Assembly: GCF_029232205.1 (NCBI RefSeq)
Contig: NZ_CP107255.1
Coordinates: 870,001 to 902,000, forward strand
DNA length: 32,000 nt
DNA from: Candidatus Saccharimonadota bacterium
GTDB taxonomy: Archaea; Nanohalarchaeota; Nanosalinia; Nanosalinales; Nanosalinaceae
Reading direction: 5' to 3'
Part shown: positions 1-8,334 of the stretch, one piece after another
How the letters are laid out: each line of letters starts with the position of its first letter
How positions within the stretch are numbered: the first letter of the stretch is position 1
Made by a program: the position numbers and the translations under genes
Notes under the pieces: generated by a model
Databases searched by the model: none
What the model saw: only the letters and a program-made list of their open reading frames with translations
What the model was told of the DNA's origin: nothing

Positions 1-195
1 ATACTGAACATCACCGTCATATAGAGTCTTTAGAGCCTCAAAAGAATCACTTGGAATACTTGTTCCCGAATAAAGATGATTTCTGAAGCCGCTATCTATC
101 TCTGCTGAAATATCATCTAGAGTGAACCCCTCGGCTTTGAGAGAATCATAAACCTTTTGCAGCTCAGACTTAGGGACCTTAACCCTTCTCTCCAT
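1..195 (-). CDS. hypothetical protein, N-terminal fragment (continues past window edge)
   Basis: Reverse-strand ATG at 193-195 opens MERRVKVPKSELQKVYDSLKAEGFTLDDISAEIDSGF... with no stop down to position 1. It is absent from the ORF track because it is truncated. Confidence 0.4.
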   Translation of the reverse strand, partial: MERRVKVPKSELQKVYDSLKAEGFTLDDISAEIDSGFRNHLYSGTSIPSDSFEALKTLYDGDVQY

Positions 196-256
196 AGAAA
201 CGCAATAACTAGTTTGTTTTTTAAGAGTTCCAATTCTTATTACGAGATACAGCAAC

Positions 257-360
257 AGTCCCCTGGTGTAGTGGCCAAATACCTTCAACACTATGTTAAG
301 GTAGGCAATTCATAGCGGCCTTTGGAGCCGCTGACCCAGGTTCGAATCCTGGGGGGACTA
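257..360 (+). tRNA. tRNA-Gln(UUG) with a ~31-nt intron between the D-arm and the anticodon stem (about 283-314)
   Basis: Acceptor AGTCCCC/GGGGACT with A1-U72 (typical of archaeal tRNA-Gln) and discriminator A. D-arm GTGT-AGTGGCCAA-ATAC. Anticodon arm GCGGC-CTTTGGA-GCCGC, anticodon TTG at 322-324. T-arm CCAGG-TTCGAAT-CCTGG. About 31 extra nt lie between position 26 and the anticodon stem. No encoded CCA. Confidence 0.7.
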
Positions 361-397
361 TAATCATTCTCAGATATGTAATTTAGTGTAAAAAACG

Positions 398-405
398 ATA
401 TTTCT
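398..405 (+). promoter_or_regulatory. TATA-like motif ATATTTCT, 23 nt upstream of the ATG at 428 (leaderless or near-leaderless mRNA)
   Basis: The same octamer recurs at 2741-2748, 7475-7482 and 8208-8215 in intergenic DNA. No Shine-Dalgarno precedes the ATG at 428. Confidence 0.3.
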
Positions 406-427
406 TGCTGGAACAAATTCTCCTTCT

Positions 428-751
428 ATGAGACAGGATGAGGAAAGTGTAGAGGATGTGCTGGAGAACATAAGCCTGTTTTTAAAGGCCTTTGAAGTGG
501 ATGAGTCTGATATCGGGATTGTTCTTTCGCCGGCGTATGAGAACGTGGATGGCAGGCCTCGATTGGATTATTTTGTGAAGGCCTATACTGATTTGAATCC
601 GTGTTTGGATGGTTCTGTGTATATTGAGGAAGGTTTTTCTGAGGATGTGTATACTGGCTGGGTGGAGGAGTTTGAGTCAGGTTTTCCGGAGGCCGATGTT
701 GCTGCGGCTAGTTTTGAGGATTTAGAGCACTTGATGCAGGGTTCGTTGTAG
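428..751 (+). CDS. acidic hypothetical protein
   Basis: 107-aa ORF with D/E-rich composition matching the rest of the window. TATA-like motif upstream. Confidence 0.55.
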   Translation: MRQDEESVEDVLENISLFLKAFEVDESDIGIVLSPAYENVDGRPRLDYFVKAYTDLNPCLDGSVYIEEGFSEDVYTGWVEEFESGFPEADVAAASFEDLEHLMQGSL

Positions 752-836
752 AAGTACTGTTCTGATGATTTTGTTTTCGTGTAAGAAAGGATATTTTCCA
801 GTCATTCTGGTATAGTATTTGGAGGGCTGAAGAAAA

Positions 837-1043
837 ATGAATGAGGAAGATTTACCTAGCTTCTCGGCTTTAAGTCTTGTAGGAGCTGCAGCAGTGGTTA
901 TTGTGTACTGGATACATCTTGCATTGATAAACAGGCCTTTGATCAATGAGACAGGGATCAGTTTAACGATATTTGTCTCGGCTTACCTGGCCCAGTACCT
1001 GCCTTTGAGAGCTTTAAGAACCCGACTTTTGACGAAGATGTAA
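837..1043 (+). CDS. small membrane protein (two predicted TM helices)
   Basis: GGAGGG at 821-826 lies 10 nt before the ATG. Two hydrophobic stretches (ALSLVGAAAVVIVYWIHLALI, ISLTIFVSAYLAQYL). Followed by the hairpin at 1045-1070. Confidence 0.45.
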   Translation: MNEEDLPSFSALSLVGAAAVVIVYWIHLALINRPLINETGISLTIFVSAYLAQYLPLRALRTRLLTKM

Positions 1044-1044
1044 G

Positions 1045-1070
1045 CTGGAGTCAATATTTCAAAACTCCAG
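1045..1070 (+). terminator. hairpin CTGGAGT-N12-ACTCCAG just after the stop of the 837-1043 ORF
   Basis: Perfect 7-bp inverted repeat read directly from the sequence. Confidence 0.3.
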
Positions 1071-1236
1071 ACACATCTTCCTTCTTTACATTCAAGCCTA
1101 GAATAGGAAGTCCTTAAGCTAAAACAGCAAATACACCAGCAACAATAGATTCAGAGAGCAATACAGTCGCCACATTCTTATTGAAGCAATATACTTAAAT
1201 TTTTGAGGGATAAATGTTTGTTATTGGTGAACAAAA

Positions 1237-1689
1237 ATGCAAGGAGCTCATGAATACGATACCGGCATCCGGTGGAAGGACGGAGTCTCTGATGAGAATG
1301 TCGAGGCCCTGGCAGAGGTAACGGACGATGTAGCTGCTAGGCTTGACTACTTCACGGAACTCTACAGGGATGGAGAGGTAGAAAGAGAAAGAATCGACCG
1401 ACTTGTGGCTCTGGGGGAGAGAGCACTCCGGGCAGAAGGAATCTGGAGGGACGAAACACGAGGCCTCGAGGCCACGTACGAAGAACTTGAATCGCGTGGC
1501 GAAGAAGAAATCAGTGAGGTAGAAGATATTCAGGAAGTCTTTAGCGGAGAAGAACACAGTCTTGAGGACTACAGCAATGAATTCGTGGAAGAGGCCGAAG
1601 CATACAGCAGCGATCCAGAAACCAGGCTATGGAAAGCACAGGAACGATATCGCGAAGCACTGGGAGAACTCAGAGAGCTGGAAAACTAG
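1237..1689 (+). CDS. acidic hypothetical protein
   Basis: 150-aa ORF. GGTGA at 1226-1230 lies 6 nt before the ATG. The antisense ORF 1195-1557 has junk composition. Confidence 0.6.
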   Translation: MQGAHEYDTGIRWKDGVSDENVEALAEVTDDVAARLDYFTELYRDGEVERERIDRLVALGERALRAEGIWRDETRGLEATYEELESRGEEEISEVEDIQEVFSGEEHSLEDYSNEFVEEAEAYSSDPETRLWKAQERYREALGELRELEN

Positions 1690-1740
1690 GCAGGCCTCCA
1701 AACATCCTACTTTTTTAGATTCAGCCACATAATTTGAACT

Positions 1741-2736
1741 ATGAACCGGAAGAAGGCCTTTCTATTCCTTGCAATGGGAGTTACAGGAGTACTGATCTTC
1801 CTGATGATATCTCCTTACCTGGGCTATCTGCTTACAGGAGGAATACTGGCCTTTATGCTGCATCCAGCGAAAAGATTTTTCGATAACTACACCAAGTACT
1901 CGGCAGCGGCCGTAATAATGATGACATTTCTCATGGCGGTTTTCCCACTGGTACTGACAGCTGGAGCAGTAGCGAACGATGCCAGCGACATGGTATCAAC
2001 TCTGGAGACAGCAGACCTCAGCCTTGATGTAATCGATAATAGAATAACACAGTTAACAGGCCAGGACGTACAGCTGGAGGAAAGACTGAAGTCCTCAATA
2101 CAGACAATAGGATCAACAGTACTCTCAAGCACATCAGAAATAGTTGACACAGCCAGCAACTTCTTGATAGGAATATCCCTACTACTATTCCTCCAGTACT
2201 ACCTACTGAAAGAAGGAGAAGAACTGGTCGAATGGTCGAAAAACCTGGATCTCATGCCAACAGAACTGCAAAACGACCTATACCAGAAAACAGCAGACAC
2301 CACCAGAACAGTCATCAAAGGCCACGTAATAACAGCAGCAGTATCAGGCCTCGTAGCAGGAGTAGGCCTATACATAGCAGGAATCTCCAACGTATTCTTC
2401 TGGACATTCATGATGATGATACTCGGCCTCATACCGCTAGTAGGAACAGCACTGGTATGGGTACCAGCCGCAGCATACCTTCTACTCAACGGCAACATCT
2501 ACCCCGGCCTCTTCCTGCTCGCGTACGGAGCAGCAATAGTAGGATCAGTAGACAACTTCCTCAGGCCTTTCCTCGTGGACGAAAGCGCCGACCTGCACCC
2601 ATTATTCATAATTCTGGGAGTAATCGGGGGTATCGGAGTATTCGGCCCTATAGGAGTATTCGTAGGCCCAGTACTGTTCGGCCTCGGAAAATCACTGGTC
2701 ACAATCTACATCCAGCACTACGAGGAATTCCAGTAA
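1741..2736 (+). CDS. AI-2E family transporter (PerM/TqsA-like, UPF0118)
   Basis: 331 aa with about 8 TM segments. The C-terminal core ...GHVITAAVSGLVAGVGLYIAGISNVFFWTFMMMILGLIPLVGTALVWVPAAAYLL... is typical of the family. Confidence 0.7.
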   Translation: MNRKKAFLFLAMGVTGVLIFLMISPYLGYLLTGGILAFMLHPAKRFFDNYTKYSAAAVIMMTFLMAVFPLVLTAGAVANDASDMVSTLETADLSLDVIDNRITQLTGQDVQLEERLKSSIQTIGSTVLSSTSEIVDTASNFLIGISLLLFLQYYLLKEGEELVEWSKNLDLMPTELQNDLYQKTADTTRTVIKGHVITAAVSGLVAGVGLYIAGISNVFFWTFMMMILGLIPLVGTALVWVPAAAYLLLNGNIYPGLFLLAYGAAIVGSVDNFLRPFLVDESADLHPLFIILGVIGGIGVFGPIGVFVGPVLFGLGKSLVTIYIQHYEEFQ

Positions 2737-2740
2737 AAAA

Positions 2741-2748
2741 ATATTTCT
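2741..2748 (+). promoter_or_regulatory. TATA-like motif ATATTTCT upstream of the parvulin gene
   Basis: Intergenic, 34 nt before the ATG at 2782. Same octamer as at 398, 7475 and 8208. Confidence 0.3.
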
Positions 2749-2781
2749 CAGTTTTAAACCTTGAAACCACAAGAAGCAATT

Positions 2782-3069
2782 ATGGCAAAAGAAGTACGTG
2801 CATCACACATCCTCGTCGACAACGAGGAACACGCCAAACAGATCAAACTTGAACTGGAAAGAAACGAAGACAAAGACTTCGCAGAAATGGCCAGAGAAAA
2901 AAGCGAAGGCCCATCCAGAGACAACGGCGGAGACCTCGGATTCTTCAGCAGAGGAGACATGGTCAAACCATTCGAAAGAAAGGCCTTCGACATGGAAGTA
3001 GGAGAAGTATCGGATCCTGTCCAGACAGAATTCGGATGGCACCTAATCAAGAAAACCGAGGAAAGATAA
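2782..3069 (+). CDS. parvulin-type peptidyl-prolyl cis-trans isomerase (PpiC/PinA-like)
   Basis: MAKEVRASHILV...GGDLGFFSRGDMVKPFERKAF...VSDPVQTEFGWHLIK is a classic single-domain parvulin. The ATG at 2782 is preferred over the TTG at 2761 used by the ORF track. Confidence 0.8.
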   Translation: MAKEVRASHILVDNEEHAKQIKLELERNEDKDFAEMAREKSEGPSRDNGGDLGFFSRGDMVKPFERKAFDMEVGEVSDPVQTEFGWHLIKKTEER

Positions 3070-3087
3070 GGTTTTCTAGATAACGCA

Positions 3088-3104
3088 GAAGATCTCCGAT
3101 CTTC
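3088..3104 (+). terminator. hairpin GAAGATC-TCC-GATCTTC after the parvulin gene
   Basis: Perfect 7-bp stem, 19 nt after the stop codon. Confidence 0.3.
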
Positions 3105-3293
3105 GAATAATTAAGAAGACAGAAGAGCGATAGTTCTTGAATTGTTGTAGAGAAGAAATGTTTTTTCTCACAGTATTGACTTCTTTTCTTTTTCTCTTGA
3201 TTAAATTTTGAGGCAACTACATACACTCCATAACCCAGTTCCCGTCACACTTCCAAAAGACTTAAATTTGTCACTATCTAATAGTAACATATT

Positions 3294-4568
3294 ATGGGAC
3301 TACTTGATAGATTCACTGGCGGATCTAACGAAACCGAAAATCAAGAAGAGCAGCAAGAACAAACCCTGCAGCAGGAAGAAACAATCGAAGAAGCATCACC
3401 TGATGAAAAACAGACTCAAGAACTTATCGAGTTTGGGCCTGAAAACAACCACACCTTACCCGAGGATAAGCAGACCGACGTAGACGAGACACTTCAGAAA
3501 GTGGAGGACCCTGTAGAATTTCTGAGCAACAAGGACTCAGAAGGACTACAGACAGCCTACGACAACTCTTTCATCGCAGAGGCCCTAAGGACACAGGTCA
3601 CTGATGAGAAGAGGAGAACACGTGGCGCTTTCCAGACAGCTGCAACAACAGAGCTATGGGCAAAGAACCCTGAAGCCAACGAACTAGTTGCAAACGTTGC
3701 AGCAGAAGCTGGAATGAGTGCAGACGACGTCTATGATGAGATGGCAGATGAAACCAAAGAGGAAGTTATCACCAGTCTCGTCGGAAGAGAACTTTATGGG
3801 CCAGCAGACTCTTTTGCGACAGAATCAGAAAGTCTTGACACTCTTGCAGAAGCAATTGAGCAAGAAATAGGAAGAGAGATCAAAGAAGAGCATGAAGACC
3901 TGTCATATATAGACACCGGCAACCTTGACGAAGAGCAATACAACAAGGTAGTAGCAGTAATGACTTCTCTGAGCGAAGAGGGAAAATCTGCTATTGATGA
4001 CGAGCATCTTGGCCTGGACAACTTTAACTGGGGCAATAACCTCGACAACGAAAGCAAAGCCAGATTGAACGAGACAATAGGCAGTAGCTGGAACGATTCC
4101 GCAAAAAGAGCAGTCGAAGACAGATGGGAGAATGAAGAGTACAGTCAGGCAGCACTGCTTGCAGAGACATTCGAAGTCGATCAGGTAGAAGTAGATGACG
4201 GAAGAAGTTACAGCGACAGAACGAAAGAAATCAATGATGTAGCGAAGGAAGCAGTAGAAAAGTACAGGAGATCTGGAGACTACGAACAGGCCGTAGAGCT
4301 CGCAGGCGAAATACCTGGAGGAGTACAGAGAACAGAGCTCCTAGAAGATCTTGCAGTACACATTGACGACGAGGAAGAAGCATTCCAGGTAGCAACCGCA
4401 GGCTACACAGAAGATGATGTAATGAATCAGGCCTTAGAGTACGTCGATCAACAAGTACAGGAAGGAAACACCGAGGCCTACGAACAGCTTAACTCAGCAA
4501 CCGACTACGACATCGCCGAAGAATTAAGTGCTGAAGCACAGACAGACATACAGCTTGCAGGCCTGTAA
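3294..4568 (+). CDS. highly acidic hypothetical protein
   Basis: 424-aa ORF, E/D/Q/T-rich and low complexity, with no recognisable catalytic motif. TTAAATTT lies about 45 nt upstream. Confidence 0.6.
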   Translation: MGLLDRFTGGSNETENQEEQQEQTLQQEETIEEASPDEKQTQELIEFGPENNHTLPEDKQTDVDETLQKVEDPVEFLSNKDSEGLQTAYDNSFIAEALRTQVTDEKRRTRGAFQTAATTELWAKNPEANELVANVAAEAGMSADDVYDEMADETKEEVITSLVGRELYGPADSFATESESLDTLAEAIEQEIGREIKEEHEDLSYIDTGNLDEEQYNKVVAVMTSLSEEGKSAIDDEHLGLDNFNWGNNLDNESKARLNETIGSSWNDSAKRAVEDRWENEEYSQAALLAETFEVDQVEVDDGRSYSDRTKEINDVAKEAVEKYRRSGDYEQAVELAGEIPGGVQRTELLEDLAVHIDDEEEAFQVATAGYTEDDVMNQALEYVDQQVQEGNTEAYEQLNSATDYDIAEELSAEAQTDIQLAGL

Positions 4569-4590
4569 CCCTTATTCTTCTCTTATTTCC

Positions 4591-5343
4591 TTATCTTTTC
4601 TCCATTATATTTTCTAAATGAGTCAGGGCCTCTTCCTGCAAAATATATCCAGGACTGGTAGCTACAGTAGTAAAGTCAGCCTCATCCATTAATCCTCCAA
4701 TCATTCGATAAATCGGTCCCGGACTTTCCACACCGTTGAAAACATCGAGATCAAGATCCAGGATTAAAGAGGATTCACCAAAGTCTCTGTGCAGAAGCTG
4801 CTGATTCTTGTTCTCAACACCCCAGTTAACGGTCTCATCAACTAGGCCCCACTGCTCAGCAGGATAGATAAACTCATTTATCTGAATCATATCACCGATC
4901 AACTGCTCGGCCTCTCCCACAGATTCAGGAGGGAAGAAAGGCTCTGGCATTTCGCCATCATAGTGATCATCCAAGTGAAGAAGAACTGTATCTCCTTCCA
5001 GAACATTTTCATTCGAGGCCGCAAGCCAACCAGCCAGCGCATGATTATGATCATCAACGTAGAAAACATCGTCATCCAGATCAAGAACATACTGGTCAAG
5101 CCTGACAAAAGCATCATTATTCTCACTGTTAAAGCTCTCAACATCGGAAACCGTGACATCATCAAGGCCCTCAGGAACCACTACACCATAATCCAGATCA
5201 GTGTAGTCTCCTTCGACAACTTCAGGCTGACGAATAGTTCCAATCTCGGAACCAGTCATCACACCGCCATAATCCTGCAAATCACTGTAGTCAAAGGCCA
5301 TCCAGAAACAACCATTCTCCAAGATTTTAATACCTGGTAGCAA
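4591..5343 (-). CDS. acidic hypothetical protein with His/Asp metal-site-like motifs (tentatively UPF0489 / arginase-deacetylase-like)
   Basis: Motifs DDHNHALAGW, LLHLDDHYD, ILDLDLDVF and TVATSP resemble UPF0489-type proteins from memory. The start is uncertain: TTG at 5343 or ATG at 5301. Confidence 0.6.
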   Translation of the reverse strand: MLPGIKILENGCFWMAFDYSDLQDYGGVMTGSEIGTIRQPEVVEGDYTDLDYGVVVPEGLDDVTVSDVESFNSENNDAFVRLDQYVLDLDDDVFYVDDHNHALAGWLAASNENVLEGDTVLLHLDDHYDGEMPEPFFPPESVGEAEQLIGDMIQINEFIYPAEQWGLVDETVNWGVENKNQQLLHRDFGESSLILDLDLDVFNGVESPGPIYRMIGGLMDEADFTTVATSPGYILQEEALTHLENIMEKR

Positions 5344-5379
5344 GGCCTTCTATCTCACTGACTACCCCTGAGTCAACCC

Positions 5380-5386
5380 TTTATAA
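5380..5386 (+). promoter_or_regulatory. TATA box candidate TTTATAA for the S13 operon
   Basis: Located 34 nt upstream of the ATG at 5420, in the divergent intergenic region. Confidence 0.3.
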
Positions 5387-5419
5387 GATTTAACTAAGAT
5401 GTTTCTGTTACGGGTAAAC

Positions 5420-5893
5420 ATGTCAGAAACCAAAGAGATTGTAAGGATTGCAAGAACCGGAATCGATGGTACAAAAACAGTAGATGAAGCCTTGACAGGC
5501 CTCAAAGGAGTCGGCAACATGTACGCACACGCAGTAGCCGAAGAAATGGGCCTCGAAAATGAAAAGATAGGCGACCTCGACGACGAATCTATCGATGAGG
5601 TAGAAGAGAAGCTTAAGAATCCTGACAGTCTTGACCTTCCAGAATGGCTTCTGAACAGAAGGAAGGACAGAGATGAAGGAGACAACCAACACTTAATCGA
5701 ATCAGACCTAGAACTGAAGAAGGAATTCGACATCAGAAGACTAAAAGAAATCGATTCCTACAAAGGATGGAGACACTCCATCGGGCTACCCGTACGCGGA
5801 CAGAAGACCAAATCTTCATTCAGATCCGGCGGTAAAATCGGAGTATCAAGAGCAAGAATTCAGGACGAAGCAGAACCGTCCGGCGACGAATAG
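5420..5893 (+). CDS. rps13: 30S ribosomal protein S13 (uS13)
   Basis: MSETKEIVRIARTGIDGTK...LTGLKGVGNMYAHAV...SYKGWRHSIGLPVRGQKTK. The second in-frame ATG was chosen from the family N-terminus and the TATA spacing. Confidence 0.9.
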   Translation: MSETKEIVRIARTGIDGTKTVDEALTGLKGVGNMYAHAVAEEMGLENEKIGDLDDESIDEVEEKLKNPDSLDLPEWLLNRRKDRDEGDNQHLIESDLELKKEFDIRRLKEIDSYKGWRHSIGLPVRGQKTKSSFRSGGKIGVSRARIQDEAEPSGDE

Positions 5894-5904
5894 AGTGATC
5901 AACC

Positions 5905-6459
5905 ATGGTTAAGAAGCTAACAAAACAATACGAAACACCAAGCGAAGGCTGGAGCGAAGAAAGAATCCAGGAAGAAGACCAGCTAAGTGAAGAATACGGC
6001 CTCAAAAACAAGAGAGAAATCTACAAAGCACAGAGCGAACTAAGAGCACTCAGAAGAGAGGCCCGTAAACTTGCATCAGAAGACGACGAAGAAAGAAGAA
6101 AAGAAGTAATCGGAAAGGCCAACAGACTAGGCCTCATCAGAGAAGATGCAGGACTTGAAGAAATACTAACACTAAACGTTACAGACATTCTCGACAGGAG
6201 ACTTCAGACAGCAGTAAACAGAAGAGGTTACTCAGACACTGCAAACGAAGCAAGACAGCTTGTCAACCACGGCCACGTCTACGTAGACGGCCAGAAAGTA
6301 ACTGTTCCTGGATACATGCTTACACAGGAAGAGGAGAAAAAGGTTGAAGTACAGCTACCTGAACCTTCTGAAGAACCAGAAGAAACCGGGGAAGCTGAAG
6401 AAGTCGAGGAAACCGAAAACACTGAAGAAGAATCAGAAGAACAGGAAGGTGAAGAATAA
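5905..6459 (+). CDS. rps4: 30S ribosomal protein S4 (uS4) with an acidic C-terminal tail
   Basis: KQYETPSEGW...EYGLKNKREIYKAQS...RRLQTAV...ARQLVNHGHVYVDGQKVTVPGY, followed by an E-rich tail. Confidence 0.9.
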   Translation: MVKKLTKQYETPSEGWSEERIQEEDQLSEEYGLKNKREIYKAQSELRALRREARKLASEDDEERRKEVIGKANRLGLIREDAGLEEILTLNVTDILDRRLQTAVNRRGYSDTANEARQLVNHGHVYVDGQKVTVPGYMLTQEEEKKVEVQLPEPSEEPEETGEAEEVEETENTEEESEEQEGEE

Positions 6460-6840
6460 ATGAAGAAAGGAATCGTAAACATTTACTCAAGCTTCAACAA
6501 CACGATCGTACACGTAACAGATGCAACAGGCGCAGAGACAATCTCAAGAATCTCTGCAGGAATGGTAACAGATAAAGGCCGACTACAGGGCTCACCATTC
6601 CCAGCAATGAAAGCAGCCAAGCAGGCAGTCGAAGAATCAATGGAGAAAGGCATTGAGAAAGTCGACATCAGAGTAAGAGCTCCTGGTGGACAGAAGATGA
6701 AGATGCCAGGTAAAGGAGCACAGCCAGCAATCAGAGCTATCTCCAGATCCGAACTGGACGTCGGAAACATTGAAGACGTAACACCAGTACCGCACGACGG
6801 CTGCAGAGAAAAAGGCGGAAAGAGAGGCCGCAGAGTATAA
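6460..6840 (+). CDS. rps11: 30S ribosomal protein S11 (uS11)
   Basis: [21 protein letters not shown]...[10 protein letters not shown]...RVRAPGG...[12 protein letters not shown]...[13 protein letters not shown]. The ATG directly abuts the S4 stop. Confidence 0.92.
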   Translation: MKKGIVNIYSSFNNTIVHVTDATGAETISRISAGMVTDKGRLQGSPFPAMKAAKQAVEESMEKGIEKVDIRVRAPGGQKMKMPGKGAQPAIRAISRSELDVGNIEDVTPVPHDGCREKGGKRGRRV

Positions 6841-6897
6841 AATCCATCTCTCAACATTTTCTCTTAACTTAATACACACTCGCGAGGTAGAAAGACT

Positions 6898-7467
6898 ATG
6901 AAACTTGAAAAAGTCGAAGAAGACAACGGCGTTCTAACAGTCAAACTGGAAGACTCAAACGAAGCAGTAGCAAACTCACTAAGAAGAGCAATGATGGCAA
7001 GAGTACCAACACTCGCCGTCAAACACATCGACGTAGTGAAAAACGAGTCAGGCCTCTTCGACGAAATCCTAGCCAACAGAATCGGCCAGGTACCATGGAC
7101 AATCCCACAGAAGTTCGACGAAGAAGACGAACTACACCTCGCACTCAAACAGGAAGGCCCAACCAGCGTAACAGCTGAAAACATGCAGGCCGACAACGAC
7201 GAAGCAGAACCAGTACACGACGCACTGATCGTGGAACTCAAAGAAGACCAGGACATCGAACTGGAAGCAACAGCAGTACTCCAAAACGGAAGAGACCACG
7301 CCAAACACCAGGGCGGAACAGTAGGATACGAAAAACTCGGCGACGGAGAATTCCAGTTCAGAATCGAATCCACATCAGGATACACAAACGAAGAACTACT
7401 GCAGAAAGCAATCGAAGTAGTACAGGAAGAACTAGAAAACGCAGAGGCCTCAGCAGACGAACTTTAA
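6898..7467 (+). CDS. rpoD: DNA-directed RNA polymerase subunit D (Rpo3), short cysteine-free form
   Basis: Its position after S11 follows the conserved archaeal order. ANSLRRAMMARVPTLAV...DEILANRIGQVP and HAKHQ are family motifs. GAGGT at 6884-6888 lies 9 nt before the ATG. There are no Cys residues, so no Fe-S domain. Confidence 0.85.
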   Translation: MKLEKVEEDNGVLTVKLEDSNEAVANSLRRAMMARVPTLAVKHIDVVKNESGLFDEILANRIGQVPWTIPQKFDEEDELHLALKQEGPTSVTAENMQADNDEAEPVHDALIVELKEDQDIELEATAVLQNGRDHAKHQGGTVGYEKLGDGEFQFRIESTSGYTNEELLQKAIEVVQEELENAEASADEL

Positions 7468-7474
7468 ACAACAA

Positions 7475-7482
7475 ATATTTCT
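7475..7482 (+). promoter_or_regulatory. orphan TATA-like motif ATATTTCT directly after rpoD
   Basis: Same octamer (AAATATTTCTC) as in front of the parvulin gene. No canonical start codon follows within 150 nt. Confidence 0.25.
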
Positions 7483-7630
7483 CACCACTTCTTATCTCAT
7501 AACTTCTTTCTGCAATCAGTCAGGTCTAACGAAATCTCAAACCTGGAACCAGGACAACTACAGAAAAGCCGTAGAACTATCCCACAGATACGACAGACTG
7601 GAGGCCCAGTTCAAAGCCCTCAGCAAAATA

Positions 7631-7738
7631 ATGGAACAGAACAACCTCGGCCAGCTACAGGAAGAATACAGAGACAGACACCCATGGCTGAACGAGCCAG
7701 AAAAGGCCTCCGGCTTCAAAACCGCAGCAGAGATATGA
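7631..7738 (+). CDS. possible 35-aa micro-ORF, the only ATG-initiated part of a longer protein-like frame (7436-7738)
   Basis: The frame reads ...NYRKAVELSHRYDRLEAQFKALSKIMEQNNLGQLQEEYRDRHPWLNEPEKASGFKTAAEI*. The only in-frame ATG/GTG/TTG is at 7631. Confidence 0.2.
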   Translation: MEQNNLGQLQEEYRDRHPWLNEPEKASGFKTAAEI

Positions 7739-7799
7739 GCTATTAAACAGTTACAGCCATAACCTCTAACCACAGAGAAAAAATGAAGCAACGATCCGA

Positions 7800-7850
7800 A
7801 AGGCATTATCAAAATGCCTTAAGCTTGATCGAACTTAGCTTGTAAGTTCG
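7800..7850 (+). other. two perfect 8-bp hairpins (AAGGCATT-ATCAA-AATGCCTT at 7800-7820; CGAACTTA-GCTTG-TAAGTTCG at 7830-7850)
   Basis: Read directly from the sequence. They form part of a chain of five stem-loops preceding tRNA-Leu. Confidence 0.5.
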
Positions 7851-7883
7851 CCGGGGTAGCCAAGTTAATTCTTGCCAACCCCG
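7850..7883 (+). repeat. exact 16-nt copy of the tRNA-Leu(UAA) 5' end (7850-7865 = 7933-7948), folded back on CTTGCCAACCCCG
   Basis: GCCGGGGTAGCCAAGT occurs twice, 83 nt apart. The upstream copy pairs with 7871-7883 in 11 of 13 positions, with A.A and C.C mismatches. Confidence 0.75.
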
Positions 7884-7932
7884 AAGCCATGCACAGCATG
7901 GCCTATTGCGTATCAATCGAGCGCAACCAATT

Positions 7933-8015
<83 letters not shown>

Positions 8016-8334
8016 TAATCTAATTTCTATTGAACAAGACTTCTTCAATGCAAAAGATAGAGAAATATTCCATGATCACCTTACAGAGGCCACCGGAGAA
8101 GAATAAAGCCCTGATTTCAACCTGAAAAAATAAGGCAGGCCGCAGAAGACTGGTACAGCAGTGCAATTTACTGAAAATACTCTACACAGCCAAACAACAT
8201 CTAGAAAATATTTCTACAGTCTAGATCATGCTCTAACTTGCTAGATAATCTTTTAGATTAAAATAAATTACCTATCAGTGTTTTTGGTCACGGAAAGCGG
8301 TTAAACTAAAAAAAGAGCTTTACAAAAAATTGAT

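Noticed and set aside
2232-2852. 206-aa ORF overlapping the AI-2E transporter gene in another frame
   Set aside because: Its R/S/P/H-rich basic composition is unlike the acidic proteome. It lies entirely within a well-supported membrane-protein gene, so it is a frame-shadow artefact. The other short ORFs at 1887-2702 are rejected for the same reason.
6864-7385. 173-aa minus-strand ORF antisense to rpoD, and the similar ORFs 6483-6857 and 6637-6879 antisense to rps11
   Set aside because: These are S/C/L-rich low-complexity mirror images of acidic GAA/GAC-rich genes. The sense-strand genes have unambiguous family motifs.
6898-7467. RpoD being unusually short (189 aa, no cysteines)
   Set aside because: Short, Fe-S-free subunit D proteins of about 190 aa are known in other Euryarchaeota such as Methanococcales, so this is not anomalous by itself.
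7558-7812. 84-aa minus-strand ORF between rpoD and tRNA-Leu
   Set aside because: Its hydrophobic, Cys/Ser-rich composition is atypical. The plus-strand frame opposite looks far more protein-like (see the finding at 7436-7738).
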